From positions 682,001-746,000 of the forward strand of contig NW_027191455.1 in assembly GCF_011745625.1 (NCBI RefSeq): a DNA stretch of 64,000 nt, read 5' to 3'. Source of the DNA: Cladosporium halotolerans. Its lineage: Eukaryota. The notes under the pieces were generated by a model. That model did not search any database and had not been told where the DNA came from. It saw nothing but the letters and a program-made list of their open reading frames with translations. The translations under genes and the position numbers were made by a program. Shown here piece by piece: positions 11,205-22,306 of the stretch (its first letter is position 1; every line of letters begins with the position of its first letter).

Positions 11205-12542
11205 TTAAGCAGCAGTAGCCGCAGCAGGCTGCTGCACGCCTTCAGCCTCAGCAGCAGCCGCCTCCTTGACCTTACCCCAGCTGCTGTCCCTGTAGCCGCC
11301 GCGCTCGAAGCTCTTCATGGGCGTCAGGCCGTAGCGCTCGAACATCTTCTTGTCCTCGTCCCAGCCGTTGCACTCGGTCGTCAGCATCTTCTCGCCGGTG
11401 AAGACCGCGTTGGCGCCAGCGGAGAAGCACAGGATCTGCTCGGCCTCGCTCATGGTCGTGCGGCCAGCGGCGATGCGCACGATGGTTGCGGGCATGACGA
11501 TGCGGGCGGTCGCGATGGTGCGCAGGATGGCGTCGAAGCTGATGCGCTCGCGGTCGCCGAGGGGCGTGCCTTTGATGGGGACGAGGGCGTTGACGGGGAA
11601 GGATTCGGGGTGCTCGGGCAGAGTGGACATGGTGTAGAGGAGGCCGACGTGGTCCTCAGGCTTCTCGCCGAGGCCGAGGATGCCGCCGGAGCAGACGTTG
11701 ATGCCGGCTTTGCGGACGTGCTTGAGGGTCGCGAGGCGCTCGTCGTAGCTGCGGGTGGTGATGACGGACGGGTAGTGCTCGCGGCTGGTGTCGAGGTTGT
11801 GGTTGTACGCGGTGAGACCGGCATCTTTGAGCTCGTCGGCCTGGCTCTGGTCAATCATGCCAAGTGTGACGCAGGCCTCCATGTCCATTGCGGTGATGCC
11901 CTCGACCATGGCGCGGACGTTCTTCAAGCTCGTCTTGCGGCCGCGCATGTCACGCCATGCGGCACCCATGCAGAATCTCGTGCTGCCATTGCTCTTTGCG
12001 ATCTTTGCAGCTTCCAGAACGGAGTCGACGGAGGACATCTTGGTTGCTTTGAGGCCTGAACGTCGTGTCAGTAGGGTGCCGAAGTACCGGTCAAGGCTTC
12101 CAAGTCTTACCGGTGTCATATCTTGAGCTCTGCGCGCAGTATGAGCAGTCCTCGCTGCAGCCGCCGGTCTTGATGTTCATGAGAGTGCACATTTGCACGG
12201 CCGAAGGCGAGTGGAATCGCCTGTGAAGCGTTCCCTACATGGCTATCAGAATGGTTCTTGAACATTCCAAGTTGATACCCGCGGTTGACTCACAGCCTGG
12301 AAAGCCAGCTCCATGAGCGGAGTGTTGTAGACCTCGCGGATCTCATCTTTGGTCCAGTCGTAACGCGGTGCCTTTGCGTTGACAGCTTCCTCGAGGACTC
12401 TTCCCTTCCTGGCCTGGGGAGGCGGCGGAGCCGAGGCGGGCGCGAATGTGTCGTCAACGACAGTGCTGAACTGGCGGGCCCATGGCGTTGAGCAAGTCCT
12501 GGAGCGCAGGGCGACTCGTCTGGGGAGGGTGGTCAACGACAT
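11205..12542 (-). CDS. BIO2: Biotin synthase (radical SAM, mitochondrial); introns 12293-12235 and 12110-12056
   Basis: CSEDCSYC (CxxxCxxC), [37 protein letters not shown] and TGEKMLTT. The N-terminus is presequence-like. Confidence 0.96.
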
Positions 12543-13567
12543 GCTCGCGGTGGTGTGGGACGAGAGGGAGTGAAATACTAGAGGTGAGGTCGAGGCGGCG
12601 GTGGGATTTGGCAGAGGAAGACGACAGTCAGCGTGCCAATGGCGGGCCAATGTTTAGCGCGTCCGGAGAGTGAGGCGGCGCAAGCCCTCATGTCGATGCT
12701 CTGCGGCGCTGTCTGCTGTTGGGCGGCCGTGTTTTGGTGGGGGAGGAGGCGCTGTGGGGGTTGATCAGCGCCCTATCTAATCGCAGATGAGATCCCACGC
12801 GTGCATTGGCGGACGGTGGTCAGCAAGTGGGGCGGGTCAACGCGCGCCCTGCCGCTCCAGCCAGGAGTCACGCTGGTGCCTGCCGAGGAAGGATGAAGGG
12901 AGCTCGGAGGCTCGCAATCGGTCCTGTCCCGGCGAAGCTAAAGTAACAATGACACCTACGCCCCAATTCCCACATCCTCCCCACGGCAACGCTACGAGGC
13001 CACCTGCAGTATGAGAGAACGGGCGCCTCTGCTATGGCCAGCTCCTCGTTTGACTCATTGTACCTGTTCACAAAGCTTTCGTTGCGAGAATGGCTGGCGT
13101 GCCAGAGATATTCCATGCCACGATGGCCGATTAGGGCAAAATACGGTGGATGGCTTGGAAGAAACAATGTCACGCGTTGGCTGCCAAGAACACGGAGCTT
13201 TTTTTCACTTCAACTAATCTCAGGTAATTCACCGCCTGAAGCCGAGAGATGTAACCTTCAGAGGATGGCTATTCGCGACAGCAGCCGTAGCGTCGGCGCC
13301 TCGAGGCACGCGTGAGTATTGCTGAAAGCGGGTCGAACCTGGGTGGCATTCCGGGAACAATATGAAGTATGCATACCATGTCGGCCATTGTTCTCTGTGC
13401 GTGGTCGAAGCCGAACTGCGTTTCAAAGCCGCATAGACAATCGTAAACACCACAAGTTTTGCAGCAAGGTAACTGTGTCGCGGTCGGGTATTCCAACACG
13501 CACATCGTCACGGAGTAGGTGCGGCGCTGTCTTCCAGTTGAGCCGTTCGCATCCCCGGACTTGCGGA

Positions 13568-15204
13568 ATGCAGCTTCAACAGGTCATACAGAGCATCCTG
13601 CTCGCTGCGGCTTCTCTTCCCTTTTCAGCAGGTGCCTGGGATGTGACACTCGATGCAGGCTCAAGATGCGTGAGTAATCACACCAACGCCAGACATATTC
13701 ACCTTGCTGACCATCGCTCAAGTGCTCAAACCTTGCGTCCAGCTTCCCTCATAGAGTCCTTGGTTCGAAGACGGCCGAGTTTACACAAGCCAACAATCAT
13801 CGCTGGTCGACTACCGCCATTCTCAACCCTAAGTGCATCGTACAGCCTGTCAATACCGAAGAGGTCTCGAGCATCGTTAAGATTCTCACCTCTAATGAGT
13901 CAACATCAGGTTTTCCAGCATGTCCTTTCGCTATCAAGTCTGGTGGGCACATGCCATTCGCGGGTGCCAACAACATCGACGGCGGTATCGTCCTGGATCT
14001 TAGCCTTCTCGACAGCACGAGCCTTTCCTCAGACCATCAAGTCGTCAGCATCGGCCCGGGAAGCACCTGGCAAGGTGCTGCCAACAAGCTCAAAGGTACA
14101 GGTGTCGGTATCCCAACCGGTCGCTGCCCCAGCACAGCTGTTGGCGGAGTCACGCTCGGCGGTGGCATCTCTTTCTTCGCGTCAAAGATTGGCTTCGCAG
14201 CGGACAACGTCGTGAACTTCGAAATCGTTCTCGCTTCCGGCGATATCGTCAATGCCAATGCGACATCGAATCAAGACCTATGGACAGCGCTCAAGGGAAG
14301 CAGTGGAAACCTCGGTATTGTCACACGCTTCGACTTTAGTGCGTTCCCTCAACCAAGCCTCTGGGCTGGAGGTCTCCCGCTCCCTGCCGACGAGCACAGT
14401 ACCAGACTCGCTCTGACAGCAATGCACGGCCTCACAAAAATGCACCGCCTCTTCCCAAAAGTGGCATACGGCCAAGTCTTCTCCTTCAACGCCTCCCGCA
14501 CGCCTCACGAAGGCGGCATCTGGAACTCCATCGTCTTCACCGGCGAAGACATCAACGAGCTCCATCTTCCACCCATGCCCATCACAATCGGCGGCGTGAC
14601 CACCGAAATAAACCTCACCGACCACATGCGCGAGACCGACCTCGCCTCCCTCCTCGAAGAAAGCGACCAGTTCCCCTGGGGCTACCGCAACTACATCGCG
14701 ACCGTCGCCTTCGTCAACGACCTCCCCACGCTCTCGCACGTCCACGACCTCACCGTCGACCTCTACAAGACCGTCCGCCACGTTCAAAACATGGAATGGC
14801 TCTTCGCCTACGAGCCCCTGCCCTACCTCTTCACCGAGCACAGCCTCGCCCGCGGCGGCAACGTGCTCGGCCTCAACCGCACGAAGGACGACCTCATCCT
14901 CATGCAGCTCGCGCCGCGCTGGAGCTCCCCCGCCGACGATAAGGTCATGCAGGACACGGCGAAGCAGTGGGTCGAGCAGGTCAAGGGCTACACGAAGAGC
15001 GTCGGCAAGGCGTCGGATTTCTTGTACCTCAACTACGCGGACGGTTTCCAGGATCCGATCGCGGGTTACGGCGAGCAGAGTGTGTGGTATCTGCGGGATG
15101 TGGCGAGGAAGTACGATCCGCACGGCGTGTTTCAGAAGGCGGTTAAGGGCGGTTTCAAGATCCCGGGGATGGGCGGGAATAAGAACACGCACGATGAGCT
15201 TTGA
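13568..15204 (+). CDS. FAD-binding BBE-like/AA7-type oxidoreductase with signal peptide and C-terminal HDEL; intron 13670-13722
   Basis: Signal peptide MQLQQVIQSILLAAASLPFSAGA, followed by PKCIVQP, KSGGH (flavinylated His), GRCPSTAVGGVTLGGG, LKGSSGNLGIVT and the BBE-domain YLNYA...YDPHGVFQ. The protein ends THDEL*. Confidence 0.9.
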
Positions 15205-15541
15205 GATGAGATTGCCGATGTGGCTTACAGTGTGAGATTGTTGTTTTGGAGGCGCGGAATCGATTCATGATGAGACGGTGAGTGTCTGTCCGAAGAAGTA
15301 AGCCAAGTCTTATCACCAAGTTATCATAGCTGCATGGTATGGTGATCCCAGAGATCCCTCCAAAGATAGAAACAAACATCGCTCTGTACGCTCGCGTGCC
15401 CATTGGTATCTTCGCTGTCCAAAGAAAAAAAAAAGATGCCCAATGCTGTAGCAAGGCGATCGCTCAAAAGTGACAATAACACAAACAAGAAGTAAAAAGA
15501 AAAAAATCCGTCAACAACACAATCCGCCCAAAACCCTCCCA

Positions 15542-16183
15542 TCAAAACACCACCCTGCCCCTCGCAGCAACACACTGCGTCGTCATCTCCTTGAACGCAG
15601 AAACGGCCCTGCCCCCCAACTTCCACGCGCCCCTCGCCCTCTGGTACTCCGCCTCCTCCGCCTCGGCGACCGCGCGCGCCCGCGCGAGCAGCGCCTCCGG
15701 CACGCCGACAGCGTACGGCAGGCCCCAGAGGCTGTCGAAGAGCTCGCCGGGCGTCACGTCGCCGTCGCAGTCGGAGCTGGGAGAGACCGCGTCGAGTTGA
15801 TCGGGCCCGCCCAGGGGACGGCGCCGGAGTAGCGCTTCATGAGTGGTGCGTAGAGCGGGCAGGTCTCGCAGGGGAGGGGGGCCGGCGCGGGAGCGCTGTC
15901 GACGGGGTGTGTTTGTGTGTGCGGGAAGCTGTGGCCCTGGGTTGGGAGGGGGCGGCGCGGCGCTGGGGGTTTCACGGCGTGGTCGTCTTGCGTCGTTGGG
16001 TTGGGTGGTGTTGGGGGGAGGTTGCGGGTCTTGTAGTTTGAGAGGGTGTTGAGGCGGTTGTAGCATCGTGATGATTTCGACTTCGGTTGTTGTTGTTGGG
16101 CGTGAGGTTGTGGGCTGGAAAGGCAGGAGAGGCATGGTGCTTGGTCGGACACTAGGCGGGGACATAGGTGATCCATTTGCCAT
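15542..16183 (-). CDS. Hypothetical Pro-rich protein (start uncertain: 16183, 16135 or 16066)
   Basis: Open frame with a C-rich to G-rich codon pattern like neighbouring genes. No recognisable domain. Confidence 0.35.
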   Translation of the reverse strand: MANGSPMSPPSVRPSTMPLLPFQPTTSRPTTTTEVEIITMLQPPQHPLKLQDPQPPPNTTQPNDARRPRRETPSAAPPPPNPGPQLPAHTNTPRRQRSRAGPPPLRDLPALRTTHEALLRRRPLGGPDQLDAVSPSSDCDGDVTPGELFDSLWGLPYAVGVPEALLARARAVAEAEEAEYQRARGAWKLGGRAVSAFKEMTTQCVAARGRVVF

Positions 16184-17917
16184 GTAACGCCACTCGTGAG
16201 GGTTGAGGATGTATTGCTTGGCCAGAGGAAGCGGATGGCTTATGAGTCTTAATGCTTTCTTGGTTGCATAGAAAAGCAAGTATCGAGTCCGAATAGTCAG
16301 GTTCAGATGTGAAGTGCCCTGACAACAACGCCGGCGATGGGACGCCTGGAAGATATGTATCTGCCCCGCGGCGGCAGAATCTATGTTGCGAGGCGCCTAC
16401 TCGGAGAAAGGTTTATCTTAACGTTCTTGCAGAGGCGTTGTGACTGAAGGCCGCGGCCGTCGAAGACCTCCAGAGGCGTTCATAGGACCGATCCCCGGCA
16501 GCGTCGCACCACCCCCTCTAGCAGGAGACGGTGTCCAGGCCCTCCATCGGACCCGGGAATTCAGATCAGACAACGGCTGCTCCAGCCTCAAGCGGCACCA
16601 CGAACACCTTCTTCTGGCAACGTTCCGTTTGAATGATCGACAGGGATCGTCTCCCAGTCAGCCTTAACTTCCGTTTGTGGCGCTGCAGGGCCGGCGATCT
16701 AGGCGCTTGAAAAGGCGGTATACACGTGGGCTTGAGAAGAGTCTGTACGCTTTGCAGTACTGGGTGCGTACAGGGGTTCACCGCCGATGGCTTTGAGTTT
16801 GGAATATGCGAATGCTATGGTGGCATGACCAATGAGCGTAGAAGAGTGCCTGGTGTGCGAAGCCATCGGAATCCTTTCGGAGCTCCACGAGAAAAGCAAA
16901 CACTGGAACCGCTTTGAAGAGCTAATATTAGTGGCGCAATTATTGCATGTGGCTAGCGAAAAGGGACGGGAGATGCTGTATAAGACCTGGGTCTTATAGG
17001 CCTGGCGAGATCGCCCCACTTTATCCGACAGAACGGAACTCACTAAGTTTCAGATCGCCAGTTTCAGGCAGTTGTCGCAAACGGATGCCGAGTTCAGTCT
17101 TCGACCCGGCAATCAATTGCAGATCACCTTCGGCTTGGCTTCTTTGATTATTCTGGAAACAAAACCACCTTTCAATGATGTGCCGTTGATTCACGGAGCA
17201 TCCTGCAAGTGAGCAGCGATCGACGAATGGCAGCTTCACGCCCTTGCAACTAAACCGCCGAAGCAGAAGTGATGAACCCCTACCGTCTGTACAGGCCGAG
17301 CACGGGAAAAGCCCTGCATTGAAAGGCGCCCACTCCTCTGTGTGGTGGAAAGGACAAAGGCAATACGGGATGACGCTGTTGTCTACCGAGTTGATTGTTG
17401 AGAAACATGATCCCGCCTATTTGGATGTGCTCCCTCGGACCATCGACTACAGTGGTTACTTGGTGCTAAGCTCGGCGGCTTGTCACCTCCTGTTGCTGGG
17501 CTAGTGATGCTGACAATTTTGTGAGACACTTGGATAGACCAGGAGAGTTCCGTGACGGAGCATGAGACGCTGCACAATATCAGTCATCTCATACCAGAGC
17601 GCAGCCCTGCATGCCTCATGGATCAGTCCCTAGGCCACGGCCACGTTGCGTGCAAATGCACATGCGAACTATTCACCGGGTCCTGTGCCACAGGGGTCTG
17701 ACCGTTGTCAACCGATTTCAGGACCACGTCCAAGCGCTATCGGACGCGGACGGAGCGTCTACGTTGGGGCTTTTGGACCATGGCAAACGGTGCACCGGTA
17801 CATGCCGCCAAGTCTCACCCTGCATGGGCGGTCTAGACGGCGGCCGACATCGTGCGTTGGGATGAACTCCTGAACAGAACATGGCGAGGGCGATAAATTG
17901 CTTGGTTCGGATTTCTT

Positions 17918-18551
17918 CTACTCCTTTCCTCCGCTCATGGCCAGCTGGAAAAGCAAGAACAGACCGATGGCCCACCAGTACCTGGTACACGTTAGCGTCG
18001 CCGCAATTTGATGAGTGCGGCCGTCTTGGTACATACTTTTGCAAGAAAGTCTTCTCCTCCTCCTTGCCCTCAAGCTTGCCCTCCGCGTTCAGGACCACAG
18101 GCTTGTTAAGGTGGATAGGAGAGCCAGCCTTCATGGGCACGACCTCCACACTCAGGTCCTCCTTCTTACTGCCTCCCTTGCTCGAGCTCGGCCACCGAGA
18201 CGTTGTGAACCCTACGTGATATACTTCGCCCTGCTCGTTAAGCAGCAGCTGAATCTTCTTGTCCTTTCCCTCTTCGAAGTTCTCCGCCGAGGTCGCAATG
18301 CCAGACCACTTGCCGGTGGTGGGGTGGTGAAAGCCAATGCGCACGATCTCCTCGCCAGCAGGCAATGCAGGAGCTTTATATGACAGCACGGTCGCTTGCT
18401 CACTGCTGTAGGAAAGCTTGGCTAGCGTTTGAGATTTCGAGGCGGACACTGGCCAGGCGAAGATGTCGATGTGCTTGTCGGTTTCGGCGGCCACGCTGAG
18501 AGAGAATAGCAGACTCAGCACGAGGCTGAGCGCAGCCGAGAGGCGCATCAT
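17918..18551 (-). CDS. EMC10: ER membrane protein complex subunit 10-like; intron 18036-17982
   Basis: Signal peptide and luminal domain, then the spliced C-terminus LNKPVVL...EEKTFLQKYWWAIGLFLLFQLAMSGGKE* (single TM), which matches the EMC10 pattern. Confidence 0.75.
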
Positions 18552-19315
18552 GTAGATGGAAGAGTGAGTAGGTCCCAAGTCGGGCTGGAACGTACTGTCA
18601 GGGCCTGTGGTGTGGTAGACGTGAGGTCGGGCAACTTGATTCAAGCGTGAACAGGTGCTCCACTGTTCGCGTCCGCCCACGTTGTGCGGGCAGCTCGGGA
18701 ATCACCCGCGTGGGGGGAGCTTCCAGCCTGAGGTTGGCGGAGGGTCCATCAATATCATCAACAATTTGATTGAAGTACGCTTTCACACTGTTGTGCCAAA
18801 TACTGGCGTGGTCAGCCACACCTATCAATATTGTAACGCTATTCAGTATGTGCGTCTCCCGCGCCACGACACGACATATCACAAAAGCAACTTCTTGCCG
18901 CCTCGCCTCGCCTAGCACACCGCATCGCGTCTTGGCTCGGACTCGGTCGAGACAGCGAGCGAGCTGGGGCGACAGCTCGAGTGCGGGCAAGCGTGTGGAG
19001 GAGCCCCACCTCCCCACCGAAATGGCCATGTTGAGCGGCGCCGTGATCTCATCCGCGAGTATCCCTAAGCCTTTGGGCAATGTTTATCGCTGATCCGGCA
19101 GGGACACGAGCCCCAATGGCCAAGTACAATTGCGGCCGGGCGCCGCAGGATGCGTCTTTCTCCCTATTCTTCACTCACAGCAGGCTTGCGTGTAAGAGAG
19201 GCCTTGCATTCACGAATCACAGACACGTCCGCACCAGAGCTGCAGTAATTGTTTTTGCCCGGAGCAACCTGTCCTTCTCATCCCAATAGCCCAGCACAGC
19301 ACTTCACCGCCCACC

Positions 19316-21269
19316 ATGGAGCACGGTTCCATGCCATTCAGAAAGCCCTCGAGGCAGCAGTCTCGTCAGATGTCTGTCGACCCTCACAATGAGGTCAAGG
19401 TCATCCAGAATCACTACATTGGTATCGACGTGGGTACCGGCTCTGCACGAGCATGCATTATGAACGAGAAGGGTGACATTGTTGGCCTGGCCAGCGAGAA
19501 CATCGGCTTGTGGCAGCCAGAGACCGGCTACTATGTAGGTAGAGGTTTGTTTGCATGATTTCTCATGCTTACTGATATGGCCAATAGGAGCAATCCGTCA
19601 CCGATATCTGGAAATGCATCTGCAACTCTGTCCAACGTGCTATGAACCAACACAATATCGACCCGGAGACTGTCCGCGGCATAGGCTTCGATGCAACCTG
19701 CTCGCTCACTGTCTTCAATGAAGAGACTGGTGAGCCTCAGAGCGTTACTGGCCCCAAGTTTGACAACGCGGACGGTAACGACCGGAACGTCATTCTGTGG
19801 CTCGACCACCGTCCTGTGGAAGAGACGAAGAAGGTCAATGCCACAAAGCACAACTTACTCCGTTACGTTGGTGGCACCATGAGCATTGAGATGGAAATGC
19901 CAAAGATTCTGTGGCTGAAGAACAATATGCCGCCTGAGCTTTTTGCGAAGTGCAGATTCTACGATCTGGGTGATGCTCTCACCAGAATGGCCACTTCCCA
20001 GGACACTCGTAGCTTCTGCTCTGTTGTCTGCAAGCAGGGATACGTTCCGGTCGGTGTGGACGGCAGCGAGAAGGGCTGGCAAGAGGACTTCCTGAACGAG
20101 ATCGGTTTGAGCGACCTTACAAAGGACAACTGCAGGCGCCTGGGTGGCATCAACGGCATCGTAAGTGCAGATACATTCAAGATGCCAGAGAATGGATCAT
20201 GCTGACATCGCCGTAGAACAACACATACTTGACCGCTGGTGAGAAAATCTCCACGCTCTCTCAGAAGGCTGCCAACGACCTTGGGCTCCCTACCAACGTA
20301 GCCGTCGGCAGCAGTGTGATTGACGCTTACGCCGGCTGGATCGGTACTGTCGGTGCTAAAGTCAAGCTGCGCGGCGCCAGCATCAGCGAGAACGCCCCTA
20401 AGAACCATGTCAGCCAGGCCTTCACTCGCCTGGCTGCTGTTGCCGGTACCTCCACATGCCATCTTGCCATGAGCGAGAAGCCTGTCTTTGTCAATGGTGT
20501 CTGGGGACCCTACCGAGACGTACTTATTCCAGACTACTGGATGGCTGAAGGCGGCCAGTCCGCCACCGGCGAATTGCTCAAGCACATCGTCGAGACCCAC
20601 CCTGCCTTCCAAGAAGCCATGTCGGTCGCAGAGACCTTCAACATGAACATTTACGACTACCTGAACGAGCACCTACGAGAGATGCAGGAGAAGATCGATG
20701 CGCCTGCCATTTCCTACCTCGGCCGTCACTTCTTCTTTTACGGCGACCTGTTCGGAAACCGCTCGCCTATCGCTGACCCGGAGATGAAGGGCGCAATCAT
20801 CGGCTTGTCAAACGACAAGTCCATGGATTCGCTTGCCCTACACTACTATGGCACCCTCGAGTTCATTGCTCTTCAGACGCGACAAATCGTCGAATCGATG
20901 AACGACGCAGGTCACGTCCTCTCATCCATCTTCATGTCCGGCAGCCAATGCCAGAACGACGTGCTCATGAGTCTGATCGCCAACGCATGCGACATGCCCG
21001 TCATGATCCCGCGTTACGTGCACGCCGCCGTCGTCCACGGTGCCGCCATGCTAGGCGCCAAAGCCGCGAGCACCGACAAGGACGGCAAGAGCGAGCCGCT
21101 GTGGGACATCATGGACCGTCTGAGCAAGCCTGGCAAGGCCGTCTATCCTAACGATGACAAGGGCGAGAAGAAGCTGTTGGCTGCCAAGTACAAGGTCTTC
21201 CTTGAGCAGATCGAGCAGCAGCAGAAGTACAGGAAGGAGTTGGACGCTGTCGTTGCCGACTGGAAGTAG
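19316..21269 (+). CDS. FGGY-family pentulose kinase (D-ribulokinase/YDR109C-like); introns 19535-19587 and 20161-20216
   Basis: YIGIDVGTGSARA, GIGFDATCSL, ILWLDHR, IDAYAGWIG, AGTSTCH, AEGGQSATG, GNRSPIADP and MSGSQ motifs. Confidence 0.93.
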
Positions 21270-21744
21270 ATCTCGGTGCTTCGAAACACGAGCAAAACAC
21301 GAGTCCGTTCAGGTCGTAATAGAGACAGGTAGGGGTGCGGTATATCATAGACGAAGTCAACGAAGCAATGTATCTTTCGCTTTAGCTATGCTTGTCAAAG
21401 GGTTCGCGCCACTTTTGATGATCTGCACAACATAATTACGATATCAAGGGTCTCGTGCTTGTCGACGCAACCCTGAAGCCAAAGCATGGCTTTTGCTCAT
21501 CCCAACAAGCCCCTGTGAAAGTCGAACCCCACAGCTTCGCGTGCGTCGCGCTGCAAACACGTCTCCCCCCCCAATTTCCACTCCAGGCCTCCACATCGAA
21601 GCCAGAGAACAGGCCACCAACACCCGCAATGCGATAAAACAAGAAATACACGCCTACATTCTCCTTCCCGGTTACAATCTAGCCCGACCGCAGCACCCAC
21701 GATCTAGCAGCGCGCGCACCAGCGCCCCTTCGACCTCGCCCAAC

Positions 21745-22306
21745 ATGCCCACCTACTGGCTCTCCGACTCGCAGAGTCCGTCACGCACCCTCCCACGAAA
21801 GCGCCTCGCACAAAAGCTAACCAACACGCAGAGATCGGCGTCGCCTTCTGCAGCGGCGGCGGCTTCTTCTTCCTGCTCGGCCTCATCCTGTTCTTCGACC
21901 GGGCGCTGCTGGCGATGGGCAACATCCTGTTCCTCGTCGGCATCACGCTGCTGCTGGGCCCGCAGCGCACTTTCGTCTTCTTCGCGCGCAAGAACAAGTG
22001 GCGGGGCACGCTAGCGTTCTGGGCGGGCGTGCTGCTCATTCTTATGAGGTGGCCACTAATTGGCTTTGGGGTGGAGTTGTTTGGGATATTCATTCTGTTC
22101 GGGGTGAGTTTTGCCGTGGATGGGAGGGACTGTGTTGGGAGAAGCGGTCTGGCTGACACGAGATGGGATTGCAGGAGTTCTTCAAGACGATCGCGGGTTT
22201 CGCGTACAACATTCCTGTCGTCGGACCGTACCTGGCCAGAGGGCTGCAGGTTGCTGGTGACAAGGCTGGAGCGAACGAGAGGGCACACAAGGATCTGCCT
22301 GTGTAA
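21745..22306 (+). CDS. GOT1: Got1-family vesicle transport protein; introns 21776-21831 and 22104-22174
   Basis: Spliced MPTYWLSDSQKIGVAFCSGGGFF...FFDRALLAMGNILFLVG...FGEFFKTIAGFAYNIPVVGP...DLPV*. Confidence 0.9.
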
